Origin: Lepidodermella squamata
Lineage: Eukaryota; Animalia; Gastrotricha
Length of the DNA stretch: 64,000 nt
Reading direction: 5' to 3'
Assembly: GCA_047495785.1 (NCBI GenBank)
Contig: JBLDXI010000029.1
Span: 1,426,001-1,490,000 of the forward strand
This document shows positions 19,853 through 31,205 of the stretch, one piece after another. Both the position numbers and the translations under genes were made by a program. Below the pieces are notes generated by a model, which worked only from the letters and a program-made list of their open reading frames with translations, did not search any database and was not told the origin of the DNA. Position 1 is the first letter of the stretch; each line of letters opens with the position of its first letter.

Positions 19853-22800
19853 TCAGTTTATCTCGAACATCGAGGCTACGTATGTAGTCTTCGTGAAGTT
19901 GAGTTTCCGCAGCGTCTCCTCTGTCATATTTGTGATGCCCCGCTGCTTCATGCCTGGCAACAGTGGCAGACCTGCCGGCAGCTCAGTATCTCCGACCTCC
20001 TAATAATCCAAAATTCAAGAGATGATCGAATTGCTGGCACATTTTCATCTATAACTTACCGTTACGACAAGAGCTTGAAATGCCGACGCTCCACTGCCGT
20101 ATTTCTGCATCTTCTCGCGCTCAATGTCGCACATGAACTGCCGCCTGCTCTCGCGATCCTTCTTAATCCGCTGCAAACTATTGACAACTTTCGTGCCAAG
20201 GTTGGTCTCCTGCTTTGGCTGTGCCTCCCGCTGACTCACTGTGCTACGCCTGCTACCATGGCCAGTTCGAGATGATTTCGCCACCTCACTGACTTCAGTA
20301 CCTTCTTTTGTTAGTTTGAATCCCACCTTCGACTTCCTAGAGCCGCCAGGGGAGTCCGGCATAGAAACAATGGTCTGCTGTAGTTCAACTGGGGTTTCAT
20401 CCCTTGGCGACTCGGGCAGAACTTGCCAGGTTTTTCTGTCTCGGATGTCCCAAGGGTTTTCTTGGCCGAAATTGCCAACCATCTGGCCGTCAAGTGACCA
20501 AAGTCTGACATTCCTGTCGTAGCTCGACGTGATTAGGAACAGCTTATTGCTCCTGCCAACGAAAACATTGATGGCACTGATTGCCTTCTCATGAGCTTTC
20601 CATGCATTAAGTCTATTCGGGGCAAGGCGAGAGACTTCCCCAGTCCCTTCCAGAGCGTAGTCGGCAATATTCCAAATAACGACATAACCATCAGTATCTC
20701 CACAGATCAGGTACTTATCTTCAGGGTCGCTTTGCATAGCTATGATGTAGTCCTCAGGGTAGGAAACTGCTGTGAAGTAGCAAAACAAATGCTGTTGTGT
20801 CCATAAGCTCCAGAAGAAGAGATTCCCATCTTCACTGCTGATAAGAACCGCGGAATCTTTGTGGTGCTTGTAACGCTCTTTAAGAAAGTAGAGCCTCTCA
20901 ACCGGCGAGGCTAGTTGCATTTGCTGAGCTGCGAAAACTGGCGTTCTCGAAGTAGCGGATCTCGCACTTTCCGGTTCGAGCGATCTAGGCGTTCCGGTCG
21001 GGCTTCTAGCACTAACACGAGGGCTTTTTCGATTCGGCGGATGATCAGCGGGTTGTATGCTTTGGGATTTCGACATAGCTGCAACTGAGGGTAAGGCGAC
21101 TGACATGAGTTTGCCTGTAGTCATATTGACTGGGCGGAGCTTTAGGAATAAACGCTGGGTTTGGTAGTTCCAGACGAAGATCTGGCCATCGCAACCTCCA
21201 GTAGCGATCCAGTTAGGAGGACAAAGCTCCAAGGCTGAGATATCGTCTTCATGCAATTGACCACCTTGCCACTTCAAATCACCTTCAACATACTAAACGA
21301 GAAAAATCATCGATTTCGGTTCAAATTTTGACTTACAGTCGCGTCGATATCGTAATCATCGTAGACTGTTATTTTCCTGTCCCATCCAACGGTGATAATC
21401 TTCCTCAAATCAGCCATAGCCAAAATTCCCGTAACTTCCGACTCCCCAGTTGGCTGTAGGGTTGCAAGAAGCTGGCCAGTTTGATAGGCCCAAATCTTGA
21501 CTTCCCCGTTTCGAGATCCGGTAATCAGCCTCTTGTAAGTGTAATCGAAGGTCATGCTCGTAATTTCCTCTCTCTCGTGAACATTGGACAGGGCTATAAC
21601 CTTAGCCCCAGTTTCAACTTCGTAGACCAGTATAGTAGAATCCCGACCAGCAAACGCGACGTGATTAGCTTTATCATTGAACACGGATGTGGTAATTGGG
21701 TACGTATGCGATGTTGGCTTCTCATTTGAGATATTTCTCGTCCTGGCGCCCAGGGTGAACAAGGCTAGATAGTCACCCTTAGTAACCATGAGCTTGCATT
21801 CTTCATTACGAGCTCGCAAAATAATACCTCGACTTGGGATATCGCCGCCCTTCCGAGCTGATTCAGCTGGAAACGGGACTGTATTACTCTCAAGCATGGT
21901 GTGGTCGATCACGTCCCAAACTTTGATAATCCGTTCTTCTTCGGCATACGATATCAAAGCGCCGGCATTGGTGTACAGCGTAAGATCTGTGATTGGTGAA
22001 CCGTGACCTTCGAGCATTGCGATCGGCCGCTGAGTGACATACATGTTCCAGATACGGACGATATAGTCCGAAGAGCCGGTTACAACCAACTCCATATCGA
22101 GGTCGTAGTCGAAGCAGCTAACACCCTTCGGAGTCCGGAAAATGTAAGGCGATTTCTTCTCATGGCGGTCTCTAATGACCACTAGCAAATAGAAAAGTTA
22201 AATAACATTATAGCCACTAAGTCCTAACTTACAAGAGTTAGTAGATGATTTACTGCATGAGAAAATGAGATCTCGCTCTTGGCAGTATCGAATTCTGACC
22301 ACAGTGTCGTTGTGAACATTCGGCGTGACAGTCACGGTACAATGCTCGGTATGCGGGCCTTCGAAAAGTTCCTGAGCAAGAGATTAAAATCCGAAAAATT
22401 CCGCACTTCAACTTACAGCAAAATTGATTTTTCGATCGGCAGCTCCAGCGGAGAAAATGTGAGTGAAAAGCTGTTGTTGAGGTTTGTGAAAGTTGAGAGT
22501 ATAGATGTTGCCATTGTCACCGCCAACGAATAACATCGCAGTTCCGTGTGGGTTCGAAAGTCCCGAAGCTGGGGACCACCAGTACTCCAAGGCGAATGGG
22601 GCACATGGCAGACCGTGAACTATGGTCTCAACGTAGCAGGCAGGGGCTGAACAGTCTACCAGATAAAGTTGATGCTAATAAATCAATATATAGCCTCCAT
22701 TTCAAGCGGATTTAATGTGATATTACCCCCGCTACGGCAATTTTCTTAACGTTAGATAGATATACGGCATCACACATCCAGGATCGGTATCTTCGGGCCA

Positions 22801-23979
22801 TTTTCGCACCACCGCCTAGAGAATTTGCCTTACGATCGTCATCCGGGGGCGTATTGAGATCCGTCCATTGCTCCACCTGGAGATTGCCATCGATCACGCA
22901 TAGGATACCTTCTTTACTCAGAGAATAGTAACGAAGAGGATTCTCGCTGGTCAAGATGCAAATGGAAGCGATCAACTTGATGTAAAGGAAAAAATCAGAA
23001 CAAATCTTGAGAAAGATTTCCTCCTTACATGATTTTGAACAAGATGTTTAATCTTTGGGCTTGACGTGAATAGGAAGTCCTTGCGTTGTCTCATGAAGTC
23101 GTTTTCGCGAAGTTGCATAAGCAGGTAAGTAAGCAGTTCATTGAAGTCCACATTGCCGTCGCCTGAGTTGTCGAGCTTCACATCGAAAAAAAATCAGCTC
23201 AAAAACTCATTTAGTAAACACTCATTACGCCAATCTTTAATAGCGCTACTTGGTCCTCATCATCCATATCGACTACTGCATTACGCCGCTTGATATCTGC
23301 TACTGGCCGGTTATTGGCTCTAGGCAATTGCCTCACTGCTTTCAAAGTATTAGCGACTTTCATTCTTAAATTAGGTATTTCAAAATTTTCCGAAAAAAAA
23401 CAATTTTGCACTAGAAATTATTGCGTCTACTACGATCTGGAGTACTTCCTAGCGTGAGTCATTTTTCGTCGCTACCTGTGTTACTTATTATTAGCATTTT
23501 TTTCTCGCAATAACTACTTCCTGTAGAGCTTGGCACCGGACGATGAAAAGTGGCAAGTGTTTTTTTACAACTCTTACCTTGCTGAAGAGCTTTTCTAAAT
23601 CTTCGTTGTATCGAGAGGTCCCGAGAACTTCTGAAATCGTTTTAATGAAATTTTCCTGATCGAGTGACGGTGGCTCGTCCGGGTCGTCACATTCCAACTG
23701 AAAGAGAAATTGTTCACACAAATACGAAGTAATAGGCTAATTTTATACAGTTTCGTAGATTTGTTCCAGAGTTTGAAGGTGTTGGTATGAGATTTTGTCT
23801 TCTAATCGCAGGTTGGTCTCGTCGTCCTGCTTATCAGGAGCACTTGATCTACCGCTTTGTTTAGTACCCGTGGTGCTGCCGCTGCGTGAATGAGTCTCTT
23901 GTGGAATAGCCACTGCCAGCTCTTCCTCCTCTTCCTCATCCTCCGGAATCTCAGCAGTAGGCTCTGCGCTAGTCGCCAT
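19853..23979 (-). CDS. EF-hand + WD40 repeat protein (WDR49/WDR64/EFCAB8/WDY-like), about 9 exons
   Basis: Spliced by eye across ORFs 23743..23979, 23491..23721, 22972..23181 (EF-hand DNSGDGNVDFNE), 22712..22975, 22408..22590, 21307..22188 and 20045..21277 (many GH...W[DN] repeats) plus a last exon ending MFEIN-TGA at 19853; GT-AG junctions keep frame. Confidence 0.85.
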
Positions 23980-24934
23980 AACACAGAATCGAATGAATTA
24001 TTGATGAAAGTTCCTGATGGATTTCACTACACCACTTAGCACTCGGCGAATCTAATAGCTATCTGACTGCATGGGGTTGAAAGGAGGGGCCTCAATGGGG
24101 CGAACTAGTGGTTGCCATGAGAGCATTATACTTTGCTTTTGCTATTGCAGTCGTTCAATGGCTCATTCACACAAACATACAATACGAAGACGGGTAATCA
24201 CGCCTCACCATTCAAAAGGTACCGCAAATTTTGAATGCAATTATTTTCTGGTCTTCTGGTTTTGATGATATTAATTATGAAGGGAGTACGATTGGAAATG
24301 GAGAAGTAAACGCTGAACAACGTTTTCTGGCTATTAGCGAATGATGGATGCCACTCGCTTAACCTTCAATGCGGAATTTTCAATCCAGGAATCGGCGCCC
24401 CCATTTTTTAGTTTTATTGATATCGAAATAAAGAACTTCTAAAAGTACTGTTTATCCGCCATTATAAGTGCAATACTTTTTGAAAGATTCACCTAAAAAT
24501 TCGTCACATTGCCATTTTAGCATCTTGCAGATTTCACGCGGCTTACGTAGCGAAGATGCAAAACATTAGTTTCACGCCATTTGTTTCCAGTATATTATGC
24601 GATTCGCTATTTCGCCAACTCCGCGATTTAGTGTGAACTTAATTCATTTTGGTCGTCGAGCCTACTAGATTGAAGCCACTTATAAACAAAACGTGAATAT
24701 TGCAGAAACATTGCGAAGCCCGCCCCCAAACTAAAACTTGGACGCTACTGACGGCAATTCTAGAGGCTACTTTCCTGATGTAGACATGAAGATCCAGCCC
24801 CTCTGTCTGACTCGAAAAATATCTTAATATCACGCATTTAACTAAAGATTATGGAGGTGGGTAAGAGGAGACGAAGATCGTACTGGATGGGGCTTTCGAT
24901 TCACTCAAAGCATCACTCAACTTGAAAGAAAAAA

Positions 24935-27411
24935 ATGTCTCGAGATAAACTTATTTTTCTCATCGCAGCACTATCTCTTCTAAGACTTTCTGTAGCTGAA
25001 AAGTCCATCAAGTTGAAAGTGTTAGTGATAACACCCGTCAGTAGGAGTGACCCTAAGCTGGCATCCCCATTGCTAGCTACATGTCAATATGTAGCCGAAA
25101 AAGTCAATTCCCGTGGCGATATCCTACGCAATTATTTTATCGAATTCGACGTCCGAGATGAGTTCTTCGGCCTGCAGGCCGTTCAGCGCTTAATCGAATT
25201 TCATCAAGACAAATCGAGCCTTCAGTCACCTATTGCGGCAGGCCCAGTCTATTCGGGGGCTTGCAAAGCCATAGGCCCTATATTACACCGGCTCGAATTG
25301 ATAACGATCTCTGGGCTTTGTGTGAATGCTAATCTTTACGACAACCCTTTGTACCCAAATTTGTTCCTGAGTCTTACAAGTGCGAAAACCACAGCTATGG
25401 CCATGCTAGCTTTCGTTGAAAAAATCGGAAAATGGAAGCAAATAGGAATTGCCGCATCAGCTATCAGTCTCGAGCTGTCGACGGCACTTTTCATGCAGGA
25501 TCGAGCTGTTGCCTCTGGGATCAAAGTGAATTTCTTCGATTTGATGAACGAAGCCACGTCAGAATTTCTAGCAAATTTGAAATCAACTGGAACTCGTATA
25601 GTACTAGTGCCCACTAGTATTCCACTAGTTTTCACGCAATTTCTTTGCGAAGCATACACAGCTGGAATGTTTGGGCAGCGCTACGTCTTCTTGAGTTTCT
25701 CACTTTCTTTTTCTCTTGAACCACCTGTCGGGTGCTCAGTGGCAATGTTGATAGAACAAGCAAGGCAGACTTTTTATTTCGGCAATTCAGCAATGCCGAA
25801 GAGTTACGATGTTGTCGGTGATCTTGGCGATACTGCTGAGCAATTCGAACTATTTTTGTCGAAAGGAAATTCCGTTAGGCCATCGGACTACTTGGCGTAC
25901 TATTTGCTTCGAGATACGCTGGCAAACATAGCTATCGCACTAGAAGAAACCGATCAGCGCCTAATAAAATCAATGATTATGTCCCTCAAAAGTTATTCTG
26001 ATGAGCCAGAAATCGTGGCCAGGGTCGCGAAGGAAGCTTTGCTAGATACGGAGTATCTGGGACTTCGAGTCGGAAGAATGCGTTACTCTAAAAACGGCGG
26101 AACTACCGGAGATTTCCGAGTGGCAACACAATGGACGCAACGCAACGGAACACGTGTGGTAGGTTTGATCCAGCCAAGGCAAAATTACAGCTCTGGTGAG
26201 AGCATCCAGGATTACTCCATTCAGCAAGGTGCAAAAATAGAATGGATATCAGGGCATCCACCTCGAGATCAACCTGTTATTCAGAAGCAACTTTTGACGG
26301 TTCCTATTTCCATTTCTATACCAGTTTGGATTTCAGGTTCCCTGGCCACTGTGTCTCTAATTGGCTGTATACTTGGCATTATTTTCAAAGGACCTTTGAA
26401 TCTTCAGCTGAAATCGAAAATGTTGGGATTTTCAGGCTGCTTAACGCTGAATATCTCAGCGGCTTTGTTCGCCCTGAATGTAACACACTCAGTTTTCATC
26501 ATTAGCTTTCTTACGCTCGGAATATCCATCTCATGCATCAGCGGCTGCACAGTAGCTCACTTCCTAGTTTGGAATGTTGTTCATACGAAACAGCTGAAAG
26601 GGTTGCCTCGCAAATCAGCTGCGACTATCATGTTTGGCGGCGTCAATCAAACCAGGCCTATTAACCAAGCCTCATCTGCTGTTGAATTTAAAATCCCACC
26701 GGATTTAAATCGGAAACTTTTCGCAGCGAATTTAGGAATTAAGCAATCTTGGATGGCTCAGAATACAGAAACACTTTTCTTGTACGAATGACTGTATGAA
26801 TCGAGGTTCCGCAGGAACCGAAGATGAATACAGTCATGAGTACAAGAAAAGTGTTTCTGTATTCGGAGTAAATCCGAGATTGCTTTTCTCCTCTGTATCT
26901 GCTAAAAACTCGGAGAAACGTAGCTAGAAAGTGCGGGGAAAAGTGATTCCTTCAAAAAATTCCTTCAATACTTTTGATGATAGCTTGGGCTGTGACATCT
27001 GATCCTGTATGCCGGCAGGTTTTAGCAGCGACGCAGAACTATGACGAAATCTCCGATACTGTTGGAGAGACTTGGATTGTGAAGTGCTCAACAAGCCTAG
27101 CTTCGTTGGCGTTGTTGGGAGCTTTTGGGTTTGTTCAGATCATTCAGCTATTGATAAGCGTTTTCTTGGCCTACAGTTTGAAACAACTACGCGGTGTTGT
27201 AGAGGTTCGGGACGAGTACCTAGCACTAAGCGTTTCTGTAACTGTTACTTCGACTCTGCTACCCGCTGCAATTTTGATAGCAATACTTTTGAGCAACGAT
27301 CCGATAATGCAGCAGGTTGCTATTGGATTTCTGTCCGTCGTCATGTCGATATGTGTTTCGATCGCTCTGCTTTATCCGAATAGAAATAAGTTGATTCGAA
27401 TGACTCGCTGA
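24935..27411 (+). pseudogene. Class C (GABA-B-like) GPCR, subfamily B, interrupted at TM4 by a 221-nt insertion
   Basis: ORFs 24935..26791 and 26974..27411; removing 26741..26961 restores ...KLFAANLGI-PSILLMIAWAVTSDP... in frame. Confidence 0.8.
26741..26961. mobile_element. Hairpin (palindromic) insertion element
   Basis: ~57-nt arms (26741-26797 / 26828-26885) around GGTTCCGCAGGAACC plus a unique tail; AATT at both junctions (26737-26740, 26958-26961). Confidence 0.8.
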
Positions 27412-28725
27412 GTAATTATTTTGGCACAATAGCATGAATCTCGTTAGCTAATACATTCTCAAGCTTGGTTTTCTATCTCCAATCACCGATGTTGTTTAAA
27501 CGTAATATAACACTTTTTTCAAATGTGCATAATCTGCTTAATCTCAATGCAGATTACAGCATTTTACGCAGATCTACTTAGAATGCCGAATTTATATATA
27601 ATAATAAAGACCTGATCTTACACTCCTGCCATAGCGTCAACATTTTAGGGTGCAGCGGTCACATTTTTGTGCGTTTTATTTAAGCCATGTGCGCAAACCA
27701 AAATCCATGTAAAATCGACCCATTTTCAAAAATGATTAATTTGGTTTGATATTACCGGCGATCGACTCAAGTTCAAATTGTTATTGGCTCCACAATGTCC
27801 CGATATAACTAAATTGGAGCGACAGCTCTGTGCGTCATTCGTGTGGGTGGTCAATATCGCACCGATTGTAGGTCGTCCAATCGCTTAAATCCACTTAAAT
27901 TTTAGAAAGTTTACCTCCATATTGCATAAGAAATTCAAAAGTCATTAATATTTCCTAACATTAAAGTTCTGGAAGAGGAATGCTTCAAGCCTTATTTGTG
28001 TTAGCTCGCTTAGCAGGCTGCGGACTCTGCTGCGTGAGTTATCCTCGGGGGCAGAGATAGAGCATGGGAATTATAAGGAGGAGATTGTTGTCCTTCTCGC
28101 GCTTCGCAACGCTGCGCAATCTATCTTCTATTATAGACATGACAATAATCATGTAAAAATATGTTTAGGCCTAATTAAGTCTTTTGATAGGGATAAATAA
28201 TGTGTATAATAATATCAATCTGTTATTGTCTTTATGGCAAAGATTCGCTTAGAGACTGCGTCAATATTGAAGAAACTTTTTCAATAACCTTGCTCGTCCA
28301 GCGATCTCGAGCGATATGATATATTATATGAAATGATCAGGCATAGTTGCATAGTTGGAAATGATTGCCACCTACTTTTCCAGTAATTAGATCAATCGTA
28401 TGTAATGGGGATAACAAAACTCGTGCAATGGAAATGTACCTATTTCGAGTATGTACATACAATCAAAACGTGTCCACTATACCGTGGGTGGTCTGTCTAC
28501 GGTAGCAAATTAAATGAGTACACCATATTAATACGATGCATAAACCACTTGCTAGCAAGCTTGTTTATGAAGTATCCACGATAGCATGTGACTAGGTTTC
28601 GCCGAAATAGCCGTCAATCAAACTTTTCATGACAATATCGGCATGTCAATGAGGGGTAAATTGCCCGTCCTATCGCTCATCAAATTTGAATAAAAAGGAC
28701 GAAAAATCACGGGATTATTGATACC

Positions 28726-29218
28726 ATGATTCAAATTATCGTGATTTTACTTTTCGCACCTCTAGCTCTTCTTGCCTCGAAAACTAGAATTTCTTCGAGT
28801 AATTCGGAATCCATTGATAACAATTGGCAGTCCACACATCACGGAGAAAGTATGTATAAGTATTAAGCTGACCGAAACTCGTTAATTAATGTTTACTTTA
28901 ACAGTTGCTTTTGCTCTCAATTTGTTGAGATCGCTTGCTACTTTGGAACGTCGCTGCAACTTTACTGAAGGAGTGTGGCAACCGACCCAATCTAGTAAAC
29001 CGTACTGCACTGAAGGTTCACGCAAGGCCCTGGCTGCGTTGAAGGACAGATGGCAACGTTACATCGATTTGGCAGTGGCCGCTGAGAAGCGTAGAAGATT
29101 CAATACGTGCATGAGCATTTTCAAATCAGCAGATATATGCTTGCAGCGGGGAACATTCTTCCTATGGGCTCAGCAAATCGCGAAAAACATAATGAATGGT
29201 GACATGAAAGCCAGTTGA
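28726..29218 (+). CDS. Small secreted protein, prohormone/neuropeptide-precursor-like (2 exons, 145 aa)
   Basis: Exon 28726..28849 encodes a signal peptide (MIQIIVILLFAPLALLA); a 55-nt GTATGT...AACAG phase-1 intron joins in frame to ORF 28889..29218; RR, RK and KRRR sites and four Cys. Confidence 0.65.
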
Positions 29219-30304
29219 ATCATCGAAATATCTAGGTAGCACAAAGAAATTATGTTTGCTGTTGTTATTATCCAACCTGCTATGAATTAATTCTCGGAGA
29301 GTCGTATGATTGTCATTTTTCCGCTCGGGACTCGCTAAAACGAAGCAGCCCTGAATCTCACGAAGAAGTGGTGCCGTATTTCTTCATGCAATCTAATAAA
29401 AATGGCGTATGCGCGGTAGCGAGCACTCCGCAAGAGCTTTTGCTTTTTAGCCGCTGAGAGGAACTCGTCAGCCCGGCTGGCGGCCTCAGCGGCAAGGCGA
29501 ATTTGTCTCTAATCTAGTCGTTCGAAAGCCCGAATAACATCGGCGCACCAATATCTAGCGGTTTATTGTGCACTGTGCAGAGACAGGCGTGTGGGGACTG
29601 ATCGCAAGGCCCTAATACGTTTCCACACCGAGTTGACTCGATTATTACCGCTTGCTAATTATAAAGACTAAAGACCTTCATCGCCCTGAGATGTTTTAAA
29701 ACTGAGTCGATAAGAGTTTTCTTTCGACTTAGGCAAGGATTTCTCATTCCCACATACGCATGGTTAAATTTTGCCATGGAGAAACATATGTTTCTCTAAT
29801 GTTTCTCTATGGCAACCAATAATTTGTCTTTGGGTTGAAACTGCCACAAATTTGGGCAGTATTTTGCTAGGAAGTGGCCTCAAAACCCCCAGAAAAGGCA
29901 TTTTCTCGAGAATCTTAGGAAAGGCACTAGAACAATGAAAACCCCAATTTTATTTAAAAGCAATTTCACGTCCAAAAATAAAAAGTTGACCAAATGAGGC
30001 GAAAAGCGAGGTCGTCGAAATCTCTTGCTGGCAGCTGTCGCGATGCAGATCCGGTTTTCCCTCGGGAATCGCGGTTTTGAGCAGCAACGGAAATTCAGCG
30101 ACTAGCCATAGCAACGTTAGAGGCGACAATGACTGCTTTCTCGGCGAGTCTTCGACCGGCAAAATTAACCCATATCCTCCACGATTAATTTCCGAAATTT
30201 TAAGTTGGGTGTTTTATTTTCTAAAATGGTTACTGTGAATTCACCCCTGTGTACCTATTACACCCTTTTAGGGAGCCTACAGGTATCGTGCGCATGTGGG
30301 AATA

Positions 30305-30470
30305 GGATTACTCTATGGCAAACCAAGGAGAAATATAATTTCCCCCCGATCTGGAACCCCGAGTGAGTTTGGCGCAGCTTCTGTCACGCAATTTTGGCGC
30401 AGCCAAACTCACTCAGGGTTCCAGATCGGGGGGAAATTATATTTCTCCTTGGTTTGCCATAGAGTAATCC
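30305..30470. repeat. Near-perfect palindrome / foldback MITE
   Basis: 69-nt arms (30305-30373, 30402-30470) with about one mismatch and a 28-nt spacer. Confidence 0.85.
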
Positions 30471-30729
30471 CTTATTTCGTGCTCAGCCGTGGATCCGTTG
30501 TGCATGGTCTTTTTCTAACGCAGCATTCCACTAGCTGGTCGTCCCACCTCCATTATTAGGCGATTTTTACAAATTTCTGCAAAGTTTTTAATTTGAAGAA
30601 TTGCCGAATAATGCTTCACGCAAGTTTGCTGTTCCCCATCGCTTTCATTGCTGAATTGTCATTCTCAAATGGCCAAGTGACAGCCAAAAACAGCATATAA
30701 AGACGTGCATTACGATAATGTAACGCTCA

Positions 30730-30960
30730 ATTCCGGGCCCATATTAGTTCCGTCCAGTCGGAGGGTGAAAGTGGACTTAGCGCAAAACGTTTAAAGTCGA
30801 AAATTTTAGAAATTTCAATGCCGCGTGCGAAAAAGTCAAGTTTTTATTATTTAGGCGGTTTTTACACCAAAAGATAGTTCAGAAAAATCTCTATCGAATA
30901 GATATGGATTTCTCGCGTGAAAAATTAAGCCTGAGCAGCCTTAATTTTGAAGTAAATTAC
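30730..30960. mobile_element. Truncated copy of the 16265..17454 element (right boundary approximate)
   Basis: ATTCCGGGCCCATATTAGTT...AAAGTGGACT similar to 16265-16335. Confidence 0.45.
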
Positions 30961-31205
30961 GAGAAGTAGTTTTCGATTGGATTTAAGATCGAAACGTTTA
31001 CTCATTGTCCAACACCTATGAGGCCAGATCAGGTAATTCCGACTCATGAATCATGAATCAGTCAACACCTTCAACCTAATCTCCCCTCTCGCTGATTCTC
31101 AGTGCAGTCACGTAAAATAGTGGGCGGATGCAGCTCATCATAAGATACTTGCTTGTAAGGATCTTCATCGGCAGAATGAACATAACTTGACGCTGGCGAT
31201 ATATA

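Noticed and set aside
29400-29620. GC-rich stretch considered as RNase P/MRP RNA or as a minus-strand exon
   Set aside because: Conserved P4/CR motifs do not match convincingly and no consistent spliced ORF could be built; an Infernal/Rfam search would decide.
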